NCBI GenBank assembly: GCA_963761385.1 | Contig: CAVXGY010000001.1 | Span: 25,813 to 89,812 of the forward strand | Source of the DNA: Terriglobia bacterium | GTDB taxonomy: Bacteria; Acidobacteriota; Terriglobia; Terriglobales; Acidobacteriaceae | DNA: 64,000 nucleotides | Direction of reading: 5' to 3' | In this document: positions 18,748 to 27,642 of the stretch, piece by piece | Numbering within the stretch: position 1 is the stretch's first letter | Layout of the letters: each line of letters begins with the position of its first letter | Made by a program: the position numbers and the translations under genes | The notes under the pieces: model-generated | Seen by the model: the letters and a program-made list of their open reading frames with translations, nothing else | Databases searched by the model: none | Told to the model about the DNA's origin: nothing

Positions 18748-19092
18748 ATGAAAAAGCGCTATTGCCTGGCGTTGGACTTAAAAGACGATCCGAAATTGAT
18801 CTCCGAATATAGGCAGCATCATGCGCAGGGACAGGCCTGGCCTGAGATCACAAAGAGCATTCGTGACTCAGGAATCGAAGGCCTGGAGATTTATCTCCTC
18901 GGCACGAGAATGTTCATGATCATGGAGGTAAACGAGCGCTTCTCCTTCGAAGCCAAATCCAAATCCGATCGTCTCAACCCAAAGGTTCAGGAGTGGGAAG
19001 CGTTGATGTGGAAATTCCAGCAACCTTTGCCTCAGGCGGCGCCTGGCGAGAAATGGATGTTGATGGAGAAGATCTTCAATCTGGAGAAATGA
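18748..19092 (+). CDS. RhaM-family (L-rhamnose/L-fucose) mutarotase
   Basis: The ORF track gives 18703..19092. The internal start gives MKKRYCLALDLKDDPKLISEYRQHHA..WPEI......G...LEIYLLGTRMFMIMEV...KVQEWEALMWKFQQPL. Length is about 114 aa. Confidence 0.85.
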   Translation: MKKRYCLALDLKDDPKLISEYRQHHAQGQAWPEITKSIRDSGIEGLEIYLLGTRMFMIMEVNERFSFEAKSKSDRLNPKVQEWEALMWKFQQPLPQAAPGEKWMLMEKIFNLEK

Positions 19093-19147
19093 TAACGCCG
19101 ACTTCCTTGCCAGGAGCGGCATCACAGGAATTGGGCAGTGCCGTTTT

Positions 19148-19897
19148 TTACTGCGTTTTCAACAGCAATTGGCTCAGACTGTAAACATGCAGGTTTTGCG
19201 TACTTGAGCTGATGGTGGCGATTTGATCGACGCTGGTGAGAGAGGTGCCGCTGAGTCCGATCGCCCCCTGGCTGGCTGGTCCCAGGGCAGAAAAGATTTT
19301 ACGGTGGGGACTTGCAATGGAGGTGAGCGGCGTTTCCGAGTGGCCCTGACCCCTCACCGGGTATTGTTTTCCCGGAAGTTGTCCTAACTCCGCATGACCC
19401 GTGGCGGTTGCCCGAACCCCAGAAGTTCCGACCGGCGGCAGTATCGTGGTCGCTTCGTCGGACGAGTCTTTGCCGTCGAAAAGACTGTGCAACGGTCCTG
19501 CCATGGCTTGCACCGCGAGCTGAACCTGCAGTTCATGGCCATCTTCAAGAACTAAACGATCAAGTGTGATCGCGATATAGGACGCCGGTGAGTCTTTGGT
19601 GTGGGGCTTGACCGCGGTGATGTGCCCCAGGACTCTCGTATTCCGTGGGAGTACTACCTTCCCCTGCGCCAGCAAATCAACGACGGTTTTGGCCTCCACA
19701 GGATCGCCCGCCCGATTTTTCCCGGCATCCAGCGATTTAGAAAATTCAGCCCATATGAAAGTGCCCGACGCTATGCGAAAAGGGGCGGCGTTGGAGGTTT
19801 CCGTCTGTGAGTTCGCCGTTGCCAGCGGGGGCGCGGAGACGGATTGAGCTGTGGCCAGCCCGGCGAGGAGAACCATCAGCAACATCGTCTTGGGCAC
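19148..19897 (-). CDS. secreted hypothetical protein (paralogue of 11703..12392)
   Basis: GTG start preceded by AAGGAG, giving signal MPKTMLLMVLLAGLATAQS. AGDPVEAKT...VVLPRNTRVLGHI aligns with the 11703 ORF. Confidence 0.7.
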   Translation of the reverse strand: MPKTMLLMVLLAGLATAQSVSAPPLATANSQTETSNAAPFRIASGTFIWAEFSKSLDAGKNRAGDPVEAKTVVDLLAQGKVVLPRNTRVLGHITAVKPHTKDSPASYIAITLDRLVLEDGHELQVQLAVQAMAGPLHSLFDGKDSSDEATTILPPVGTSGVRATATGHAELGQLPGKQYPVRGQGHSETPLTSIASPHRKIFSALGPASQGAIGLSGTSLTSVDQIATISSSTQNLHVYSLSQLLLKTQ

Positions 19898-19973
19898 ACG
19901 TACTCCTTAGGATGCCCAATATTCTACGCCCGGACGGCCAAGGTTCCGTGAGAAGGCCTGAGGGCTGGTTCGA

Positions 19974-21371
19974 TTACAAAGTATTCACGGCAAGGGTGCT
20001 CACATTGGGATCAGGTGCCTGGGGCGGAAGATCGATCTGCAACTTCCCTTCTGTTTGGCGGAATTTCAACGGCTGCCCGGTGGCGAGCAGATGAGCTGAA
20101 ATCACCTTGGGATCCAGCCCTTCAATGACAAACACTGAAGACGGCCAGTCAAACACGTGAACGAAGACCTTTTTGCCCTTGGCGGTGGTCCGTAGGGACG
20201 TCATGCCCTGCACCGGGCCATAGGTTGTGCCGTAAATCGAATCTCCGTTGACGGACAGCCAGTCACCGATGGCGCGCAGGCGCTCCTGAAATTCGGGTTG
20301 AATGATGCCGTCAGGTTGCGGACCCACGTTGAGCAGAAAATTTCCGCCGCGGCTGGCTACCTCCACCAACCCGCGAATCAGGGATTGCGCTGACTTGAAT
20401 TCTCGATCGTGCGTGTTGTATGCCCAAGTATCGTTGATAGTCATGCACGTCTCCCATAGCTGAAAATCTTCCGGCTTGGGAACTGTCGTCTTCAACTGTT
20501 GCTGTACGCTTGTGTCCACTGCATTAAACCGAACTCCCTTTGTGGGGATCCCGGCGGGGATGAACTGTTCCGGCGTTTGATAGTCTCCCGGCACGCCAAT
20601 TCGATCGTTCACGAGCGTTGGCGGCTGCAATTGCCGGATCAGATCGAGAAATCGTACGCCACCGTATTTCTCCTGATGGTGCAACCCGTCAAACCAGATC
20701 AACGCGGCTGGACCATACTTGGTCAGCAATTCTGTCAATTGCAACTGCATGTAGTCAAGATAGAGAGGCCATTCCGGACGTGTGGGCTCGCCGTTCCAGT
20801 TCTCGGCTGCCGGCCTGGAAGTGTCGCGAAATGCCGTATGGTGCATGTCCGGAGGCGAATAATAGAACCCCAGCGGCATGGCTCGGTCTTTGCAGGCCGT
20901 CGCCAGTTGCGCCACGATATCTTTGCCGTAAGGTGTGTTGGTGACTTTGTAGTTTGTGTACGCAGTATCGAACATACAGAAGCCGTCGTGGTGCTTGGTG
21001 GTGAACACCATGTATTGCTGTCCTGCGGAGCGGGCAAGATCAACGAAGGTGTATGGATCGAACTTCGTGGGATTAAACCGCTTGGGCAACTCGCGATACT
21101 CGGCTTCGGTGATTCCACCGGGCTTGGGAACCATGATGGGCCATGAGGCCTCCACGCTGGCGAGGGAGTACGGCCCCCAGTGAATGAACATGCCAAATTT
21201 GGCGGCACGATACCACTCCGTGCGCTCATCATTCAAGACAGACCCGAATCCGAAGTTGGGTAACAGTGGTATGGAGGACGCGGCCAGAGCGACTTTAAGG
21301 AAGTCGCGGCGGCTGGAGAAGCAGCTGCTTGCAGTTTGGGAGCGATCATTACAATCAAACGGTAGTCTCAC
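19974..21371 (-). CDS. GH29 alpha-L-fucosidase, TAT signal
   Basis: SSRRDFLKVALAASSIPLLP is a twin-arginine signal. Motifs are AKFGMFIHWGPYSL, HHDGFCMFDT and LIWFDGLH. Confidence 0.9.
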   Translation of the reverse strand: MRLPFDCNDRSQTASSCFSSRRDFLKVALAASSIPLLPNFGFGSVLNDERTEWYRAAKFGMFIHWGPYSLASVEASWPIMVPKPGGITEAEYRELPKRFNPTKFDPYTFVDLARSAGQQYMVFTTKHHDGFCMFDTAYTNYKVTNTPYGKDIVAQLATACKDRAMPLGFYYSPPDMHHTAFRDTSRPAAENWNGEPTRPEWPLYLDYMQLQLTELLTKYGPAALIWFDGLHHQEKYGGVRFLDLIRQLQPPTLVNDRIGVPGDYQTPEQFIPAGIPTKGVRFNAVDTSVQQQLKTTVPKPEDFQLWETCMTINDTWAYNTHDREFKSAQSLIRGLVEVASRGGNFLLNVGPQPDGIIQPEFQERLRAIGDWLSVNGDSIYGTTYGPVQGMTSLRTTAKGKKVFVHVFDWPSSVFVIEGLDPKVISAHLLATGQPLKFRQTEGKLQIDLPPQAPDPNVSTLAVNTL

Positions 21372-21466
21372 TGTTCCCTCTTTATTCTCTCCTGAGTCTT
21401 GTTGATCGGCTAAGCCCGTCCGGCCTCGTAACAGAGGCTATTGCCTTTGCCTTCTACCTTCCTCGT

Positions 21467-22144
21467 TCAGTGGGCCCAGACGGTCAGGGCTGCCTCAAGG
21501 AATGAATTGATTACATGAATAACTGTCTGCTCGGCCACGTATGGGGTACCGAGCCGGATCACATCAACGATCATTCGGTGCAACGGCAGTTGTTTCGCCC
21601 AAGGGCTCGTGTCGAGGTTTTTGGCGAGGGCGCGTATCAGTGTGAAAGCATATAACGGTATGACCAGGCGGCGGCCGTATTCCTCGAGAAACGAATTGCC
21701 GGGTTTTTCCAGCAGGCAAATGTGAAACCGCTGGACGCTCTCCACCACCTTGCGGAGGCCGCCCATTCGCACTGCCTCCTCGATTCCCTGCAAGGCGGCT
21801 TCCAAGTCGTCGAGTGGAAGGCGACGCTGGACTACAATTCGCGCTGCCAGCCCCTCAAGAGCACCGCGAACTTGGTAAATGCTAATAATGTCCGGATCGG
21901 CCAGTTTCAGTACGCGAGCGCTGCGACCATGCCCTTTAGTTACAAAGCCATCCGTGGTGAGGATATTGAGGGCTTCCCGGATTGAGACTTGCGCCACTCC
22001 ATATTGCCGAGCCCACCGGCTCTCAACAATCTTCTCACCAGGCGCAATTCGCCCCGCAAGAATCTCTTCGCGCAAACGTACAGCAATATTTTCTTTCAGC
22101 AAACCGCGTGGCTCGCCGGCGTCTTCTTGAGCATCGTCACACAC
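21467..22144 (-). CDS. GntR-family transcriptional regulator (FCD/FadR-type C-domain)
   Basis: Winged HTH IVESRWARQYGVAQVSIREALNILTTDGFV followed by an all-helical C-terminal domain (225 aa). Confidence 0.9.
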   Translation of the reverse strand: MCDDAQEDAGEPRGLLKENIAVRLREEILAGRIAPGEKIVESRWARQYGVAQVSIREALNILTTDGFVTKGHGRSARVLKLADPDIISIYQVRGALEGLAARIVVQRRLPLDDLEAALQGIEEAVRMGGLRKVVESVQRFHICLLEKPGNSFLEEYGRRLVIPLYAFTLIRALAKNLDTSPWAKQLPLHRMIVDVIRLGTPYVAEQTVIHVINSFLEAALTVWAH

Positions 22145-22297
22145 AGGTTTGGGTAATGTACCACGCTTTGGCGGTCACTCTAAACTGGTGGAACTCGAAC
22201 CAACGATGCAAAACGCCGGCCGTTAAAGACCCTTCGCCCGCGCCTACTTCGAACAGGTACGAGCGGATGTTTGGGATATGTCAAGCCTGGGCGTGCG

Positions 22298-22525
22298 TCA
22301 TCGTGCCGGGCAGCTAATCGGCATTTGCGCCATGTCGGCGTGATAATTTGTTCCGTGGTACTGAAAATAGCTGAACCGCAACCCATCCTTCCGGAAAATG
22401 GAGAAGTTGCGGATGTTGCACTTCCGGATCATGGCCAGCACCTCGGGCCACACTGCGGCATGATACCTCCTACACTCGTCGAGGGCTTCCGGCCTCAGCC
22501 CGATCAATGAACCATAGCGTTTCAT
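22298..22525 (-). CDS. RhaM-type mutarotase, short (75 aa), possibly C-terminally disrupted
   Basis: MKRYGSLIGLRPEALDECRRYHAAVWPEVLAMIRKCNIRNFSIFRKDGLRFSYFQYHGTNYHADMAQM matches the RhaM fold. The ORF stops about 30 aa earlier than the 18748 paralogue. Confidence 0.65.
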   Translation of the reverse strand: MKRYGSLIGLRPEALDECRRYHAAVWPEVLAMIRKCNIRNFSIFRKDGLRFSYFQYHGTNYHADMAQMPISCPAR

Positions 22526-22920
22526 GGACCATCCCGTCTCTTCGTGCCCAACGCAGCTGCGGGTGTTGTGCCAGGCGCTGCGTAACGGTGCCGAAGTCCG
22601 CCATGAGTTCTTCGATGTCCTTCCCAGCAGACCCTTTCCCAACAATTCAATGGCTCCGCACACCAACTGATTGCCCTGGCCGAGAGTCAGCACAATTCCC
22701 GTACTGCAGGGGCCGCCATTGCTGGAAAGAAGGGTCGTGGCAAAGGCGTATTCGGACCCGGAGTGAACCGCATCACTTCCTGCGCCTGCGTACAAAGGGA
22801 ATCGCGCGTCTCTCGGAATCGCGCGGAGGCAATACCGCTCGTCGGATCTGAAGGGAATTGAGCCCAATCCGGTTGTGCCACCTAGCTCCTCCGCCGGGCG
22901 AAGAGAAGGACAGCGCAGGG

Positions 22921-23937
22921 CTACACCATATTTGCCGCGGAGATGATCCCAATTGACACCAGGAGAACGCCAATTCCTGTCCAGCAGTATGCCAGGGAAC
23001 GGCGGCTGGCGCTTTTCCACTCGCCTGAAACGGCGCCCCAAAAGAGCGCCACGATAATGTCCAGGATCATGAATATCGGCCAGCCGACTATGCCGCCCAG
23101 AGCCCCAAGCGAAACTGCCCCCACGCCGTAAAGAATTGTTCCACCGAACCACAGCAGGCCTGTGGAGATGCCGAGTAACCAATAGGCAAGCGAGCCGCGC
23201 TTCCGATAGACGCTCCAGCTTCTGTTTCGATTGAGAAGATACACACAGTAGACAAGGTTCGAGACGAACCCGCCGGTAACCGTCAGGGCCCAGATGGGAT
23301 TTGCCGCCATGACAACGCTGGCACCTGCATGTAGAGCCCGCAACCTTAGCTCGTCCCCGAATAGAAAACTGAAATTCAGCATCGACGAGAAAATTCCGGA
23401 GAGGACGCAAATTACCAATCCGGTAGCAAAGCCCGAACCGGAGGAATTTTGGGCTGAGTCACGTTCCCTGATCTGGCCAGCCCGCGTCAGGAGAGCCAGC
23501 CCACCTGTCATGACTACTGTTCCCAGCATCAGGGCCAGCCCGCGCTTGTCGGAGAGCTGTTCGGGATGAAGAATTGCCAATGGAAACAAGGACCCAAATG
23601 ACGCGGTGATGCCGAGGATCAGAGCGAACCCGAGTGCCATGCCTACGCGAGCGACGCCGAGGCCGAACAGGGCTGAGCCCACACCCCATGCCACTCCGAA
23701 CAGCGCGACTCGAACCAGGGTGGCAAACGATGCTCCCCGGAAAACCTCCTCCAGATTCGGAACGGTGGCGAGGGTTAGTATCCAGGGGAGCACGAGGAGC
23801 CCCGAGAAGGCAAATAGTAGCCAGGTGTTCTCCCATTGCCAGCCGGACATCTTCTTTATGGGCGCGGTAAAACTGCCGTTCAACAGGGCGGCAAAAACCA
23901 CCACCGTGATTCCCCAGCCGATCATCGGGTGCATCAA
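22921..23937 (-). CDS. RhaT-family sugar:H+ symporter (rhamnose/fucose-type)
   Basis: 338 aa, about 10 TM segments. FTAPIKKMSGWQWENTWL, TRAGQIRERD and GEWKSASRR parallel E. coli RhaT landmarks. Confidence 0.85.
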   Translation of the reverse strand: MMHPMIGWGITVVVFAALLNGSFTAPIKKMSGWQWENTWLLFAFSGLLVLPWILTLATVPNLEEVFRGASFATLVRVALFGVAWGVGSALFGLGVARVGMALGFALILGITASFGSLFPLAILHPEQLSDKRGLALMLGTVVMTGGLALLTRAGQIRERDSAQNSSGSGFATGLVICVLSGIFSSMLNFSFLFGDELRLRALHAGASVVMAANPIWALTVTGGFVSNLVYCVYLLNRNRSWSVYRKRGSLAYWLLGISTGLLWFGGTILYGVGAVSLGALGGIVGWPIFMILDIIVALFWGAVSGEWKSASRRSLAYCWTGIGVLLVSIGIISAANMV

Positions 23938-23961
23938 GCCTCCTGGGATGAAGCGCCTGAG

Positions 23962-25098
23962 CTAGGGCGAAGACGGATGCTCTGGTTCTGCTGACGGTTT
24001 GGCAAATTTGGTGTCGTCCACGGCCACGTTGTTACGGGCTTGCTCGATCTGAATGGTGAAGCGCGTGCCCGGGCGGGCGATAGTCCTCTGGAATGGCATC
24101 TTCACATCGCCTTCGTTACGGTAATCCGAGTAATCGATTTGTGTTGGATTGCGTCCGAGCGGCGAATCGACATAGCGTACTATTCGTAGCAGCAAGCCGG
24201 AGCTTTCATCGAAATAAAATTTCACCATGGGCTCTCCGGCGTTGAGGCTGGAAACCACATACACGTCACGGTCGCCGATCTTCTCCGGCTTGGCGGTCTT
24301 AAGATCGCCTGCCAACTCCTTGAAGCGTACCGGCAATTGCAAGTCACCCTCCAGCCGGGCCGAAGTGGCCTCGGGGGCGGGGATGTCAAGTACGGGACGG
24401 CCGGGGGCAGAAGTCCAGCCTGAGGTTCCATCGTACGCCGTGATGTTGTCGCCGTTCGGCAGGTGGATGATTGTCATGCGCCTGCCAGGGGTTTTGCTGA
24501 AAATGTCGATCGGCAGTTGCCGACCGCCGAGACTGATGGTTCCCTTTTCGACTCGGGTAGACAACTTTCCAATGGCTGACGCGCCACCAAGCGCATCGAC
24601 ATATTTGGTAAAAATCTGCTCTGCGGTTGGCACGCTGGCAGAGCCTGCTCCGTCGTCGTCAAGCACCTCCTCAGCAGCGGACTGCGCCACTGCTTCAGCG
24701 ATGATTGGCGTGGCCAGCGGATGAGAAGAGCCGCGATGGCACGAGTAGCAGGTCACCTCGCGCTTACCCTCAAAGTTTTCATGATTGATAGCAAACATCA
24801 TCTGAATCATCTTCCGCGCGATCTGCTTTGGCTTCTTGTCGTCCTTCTCAAACGCTCCTTCCACGTGGCAGAAGCTGCATTCCACTCCCAGAGAGTAGGT
24901 TATAAACTGCATCGAAGGGACCAGTTGATCCGCTGGGATGCCCTTCAAGCTCTGCACGTTCTTGTAGGCCTCCTCCGCCATTTTTATCCTGGAAGCCGGC
25001 GGCTTAACCGGCTCAGTCTGCCCTCTCGCGAGAACACCGGTCGTGGAAAATAGGACGAGGAGCACGGCGCTCAACCAGGCTCCGTATTTCTTATTCAT
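23962..25098 (-). CDS. c-type cytochrome (photosynthetic-reaction-centre cytochrome c subunit-like N-domain) with LolA-like C-domain
   Basis: Signal MNKKYGAWLSAVLLVLFSTTGVLA. Two haem sites: ITYSLGVECSFCHV and EVTCYSCHRGS. The C-terminal ~220 aa look like a beta-rich lipoprotein-sorting fold. Confidence 0.75.
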   Translation of the reverse strand: MNKKYGAWLSAVLLVLFSTTGVLARGQTEPVKPPASRIKMAEEAYKNVQSLKGIPADQLVPSMQFITYSLGVECSFCHVEGAFEKDDKKPKQIARKMIQMMFAINHENFEGKREVTCYSCHRGSSHPLATPIIAEAVAQSAAEEVLDDDGAGSASVPTAEQIFTKYVDALGGASAIGKLSTRVEKGTISLGGRQLPIDIFSKTPGRRMTIIHLPNGDNITAYDGTSGWTSAPGRPVLDIPAPEATSARLEGDLQLPVRFKELAGDLKTAKPEKIGDRDVYVVSSLNAGEPMVKFYFDESSGLLLRIVRYVDSPLGRNPTQIDYSDYRNEGDVKMPFQRTIARPGTRFTIQIEQARNNVAVDDTKFAKPSAEPEHPSSP

Positions 25099-25130
25099 GG
25101 ACCTGTTCTCCGGAAGTTGCAGGTGGATAG

Positions 25131-25871
25131 TTAGCCTCTCAAGTTACAGAAACCACCATCCAGCGGATAGTCCACTCCGGTAATAAAAGACGCTTCATCG
25201 GAACATAGGAATAGAGCCAGCGAAGCGACTTCCTCCGGCTCTGCCATTCGTCCAATGGGTTGTGATTTGGATAGCTTTTCAAACATTTCCTGTTCGCGTC
25301 CGCGGTAATTGTTTTTTAGATATCCATCTACAAAAGGCGTGTGGACCCGGGCCGGCGAGATGCAATTGCAACGTATGTTGTGGGCAAGATAGTCCTTGGC
25401 CACCGAATACGTCATGGCAATCACGGCGCCTTTGCTCATCGAATACGCAAAACGGTCGGAGATGCCGGCGGAACCCGCGATCGATGCCATATTAAGGATC
25501 ACGCCGCCGTTCGCTCGCATACACACTACCGATGCCAGCATGCAGTTGTAATATCCCTTTACGTTCACGCGAAAAATCCGATCGAAATCGGCTTCGGTTG
25601 TGCTGTCCAGCGAACCGACGTGTGAGACACCGGCATTGTTTACAAGAATGTGAAGGTTCTCGGAGCGGAAGAGCTCGCCAAAGATGGACTTCACTTCATC
25701 CTGGCTGGTTACGTCACAGCGGTGAGCCGATGTCCTGCCACCGGCAGCGGTTATTTGCCGGCAGGTTTCATCCGCATCTTTAGCATTCATGTCGAGGACA
25801 CGGAGAGTAGCGCCATGCGCCGCGAATCGGAGGGCGATGGCTCGCCCGATGCCACTTCCTCCTCCGGTCAC
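25131..25871 (-). CDS. SDR-family oxidoreductase (N-terminus probably extends to about 25928)
   Basis: TGGGSGIGRAIALRF (TGxxxGxG), LVNNAGV and YSMSKGAV (YxxxK). The ORF-track start is a GTG inside the glycine-rich loop region, and the upstream in-frame sequence FRLDGKIAVV encodes strand beta-1. Confidence 0.9.
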   Translation of the reverse strand: MTGGGSGIGRAIALRFAAHGATLRVLDMNAKDADETCRQITAAGGRTSAHRCDVTSQDEVKSIFGELFRSENLHILVNNAGVSHVGSLDSTTEADFDRIFRVNVKGYYNCMLASVVCMRANGGVILNMASIAGSAGISDRFAYSMSKGAVIAMTYSVAKDYLAHNIRCNCISPARVHTPFVDGYLKNNYRGREQEMFEKLSKSQPIGRMAEPEEVASLALFLCSDEASFITGVDYPLDGGFCNLRG

Positions 25872-25924
25872 TACGGCAATCTTGCCGTCGAGGCGGAAAC
25901 TCCGGGAACCAGTGTCGGGATCGT

Positions 25925-27574
25925 TCAGAGCGAGACGCCTCTCTTCCAGGGAATGAAATCTGCCTGACCTTTCAGTTCGGCCTTCGGATGGGCCTCGCCG
26001 CTTGCAACCTGGATCACGTATTCAAGGATGGTTTCGCCCATCTGCTCTATCGTAGCCTCTCCCGACACAATGCCGCCGGTATCGATGTCAATTATGTCGC
26101 TCATGCGCTGCGCCAGGGCGGAATTCGTGGAAAGCTTCACAACCGGCGCAATGGGACTCCCGGTTGGAGTGCCCAGGCCCGTCGTGAACAGGACCACGTT
26201 TGCGCCTGCACCCACCTGGGCGGTGACGCACTCCACGTCGTTTCCGGGCGTGCATTGCAGGTTCAGCCCCGGCACCGTGGAAGGTTCAGTGTAGTCCAGT
26301 ACGGCGGTGACAGGAGAGGTCCCTCCCTTCTTAGCAGCTCCCGCAGACTTCATCGCGTCGGTGATCAGTCCATCGCGAATGTTCCCGGGAGAAGGGTTCA
26401 TCTCGAAACCTGACCCGACCGATCGTGCACGAGCCTCGTATGCGCGCATGAGTTCGGCAAATCTGCGCGAAATCTCCTTGTGAGTACTGCGGTTAATAAG
26501 GTTTTGCTCCACCCCGCACAACTCGGGGAACTCCGACAGAATCGTCCTTCCGCCCAGGGCAGCCAGGAGATCGGCTGTATGTCCGATTGCAGGATTAGCC
26601 GATATCCCGGAAAATCCGTCAGACCCGCCACACTTCAAGCCCACACACAAGTGCGAGAGCCCTGCGGGAGCACGTGTGGCTTTATTGGCCTCGATCAAAC
26701 CCAGGAAGGTTTTCCGCACGGCTTCCGAAAGCATGGTGAATTCGGAGCCGCTTTGCTGCTGATCCAAAATGTAAAGGGGCTTGCTGAAGGCCGGATTACG
26801 GCGGCGGACCTCTTGCAGCAAAGTTGCGGTTTGTGCGGACTGGCAGCCCAGGCTGAGTACTGTAGCTCCGGCTACGTTAGGGTGATGGATGTAACCTGCG
26901 ATGAGGCTACAGAGATTGTTGGCGTCCTCTCGCGTTCCTCCACATCCACCTTCGTGCAGCAGGAATTTGACGCCGTCGATATTCTGAAATAGTCGAGCCC
27001 GGAGCGGATCCCCGCCGTTTGTAGCGGCAACCCTCGTTTGTATCTCTTCTTCCCTGCCCTCTTGGTACAGTTTCGCGAACTCGGCTACTTGTCTGCGATA
27101 GACCTGAGGCATCGCGAAACCCAACTCCTCTTCAAATGCCTGTTTCAGAACGCCAATGTTCCGGTTTTCACAAAACACCAACGGAACCACGACCCAGTAA
27201 TTTCTTGTACCCACCTGTCCGTCGGACCGGTGATAACCCAGGAAGGTGCGCTCTTTCCAACGAGAAACGTCTGGGGAAGTCCAGTGGAATTCGCTGGACT
27301 GCTCGTGGAAGGCGCTTGCATGGTGTTGGACATTGCTTGTGGTCAACCTTTCGCCTCGCTGAATCGGCTTCACGGCTGCACCGACCAGCACCCCATACAT
27401 AACTACGTCATCGCCGACAGAAAGGTCCTCGGTCGCGAACTTATGCTTCACCGGTACATTCGAAACCAAGGTGTAGCTTTCGAACTCGATCTGTATGTGT
27501 TCGCCTTGATTCAGATCAGTTAACGCAATCAAGACGTTGTCTCGGGAATCGACTTTCAAAACCCGGGTTTGCAT
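25925..27574 (-). CDS. UxaA/altronate-dehydratase-family sugar-acid dehydratase
   Basis: 549 aa. N-terminal SAF-like LKVDSRDNVLIALTDLNQGEHI, then HEGGCGGTREDANNL and GLKCGGSDGFSGISANP. Confidence 0.9.
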   Translation of the reverse strand: MQTRVLKVDSRDNVLIALTDLNQGEHIQIEFESYTLVSNVPVKHKFATEDLSVGDDVVMYGVLVGAAVKPIQRGERLTTSNVQHHASAFHEQSSEFHWTSPDVSRWKERTFLGYHRSDGQVGTRNYWVVVPLVFCENRNIGVLKQAFEEELGFAMPQVYRRQVAEFAKLYQEGREEEIQTRVAATNGGDPLRARLFQNIDGVKFLLHEGGCGGTREDANNLCSLIAGYIHHPNVAGATVLSLGCQSAQTATLLQEVRRRNPAFSKPLYILDQQQSGSEFTMLSEAVRKTFLGLIEANKATRAPAGLSHLCVGLKCGGSDGFSGISANPAIGHTADLLAALGGRTILSEFPELCGVEQNLINRSTHKEISRRFAELMRAYEARARSVGSGFEMNPSPGNIRDGLITDAMKSAGAAKKGGTSPVTAVLDYTEPSTVPGLNLQCTPGNDVECVTAQVGAGANVVLFTTGLGTPTGSPIAPVVKLSTNSALAQRMSDIIDIDTGGIVSGEATIEQMGETILEYVIQVASGEAHPKAELKGQADFIPWKRGVSL

Positions 27575-27642
27575 TCAGCGCCACACTTTCATAGAAGATG
27601 GGCAGACCGAAGTTGGTTAGGGCCGGACTGCCTGTTAAAGTG

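Noticed and set aside
8904-18918. NotI (gcggccgc, 8904-8911) directly followed by BamHI (ggatcc, 8913-8918) at the cytochrome frame break looked like a cloning polylinker.
   Set aside because: gcggccgc also occurs at about 1454 and about 3975 in ordinary coding sequence of this GC-rich DNA. The flanking sequence is homologous to the paralogous cytochrome, so the adjacency is most simply coincidence.
19118-19149. Hairpin followed by a T-run after the mutarotase gene, as a rho-independent terminator.
   Set aside because: The stem is only 5 bp including a G-U pair, with a 15-nt loop. The T-run overlaps the stop region of the convergent gene. It is too weak to call.
22921-23410. The upper part of the 370-aa ORF 22298..23410 overlaps the RhaT-type transporter.
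   Set aside because: The overlapping frame (22921..23937) is a clear 10-TM RhaT-family protein. Only the part of the long ORF below 22921 is considered further.
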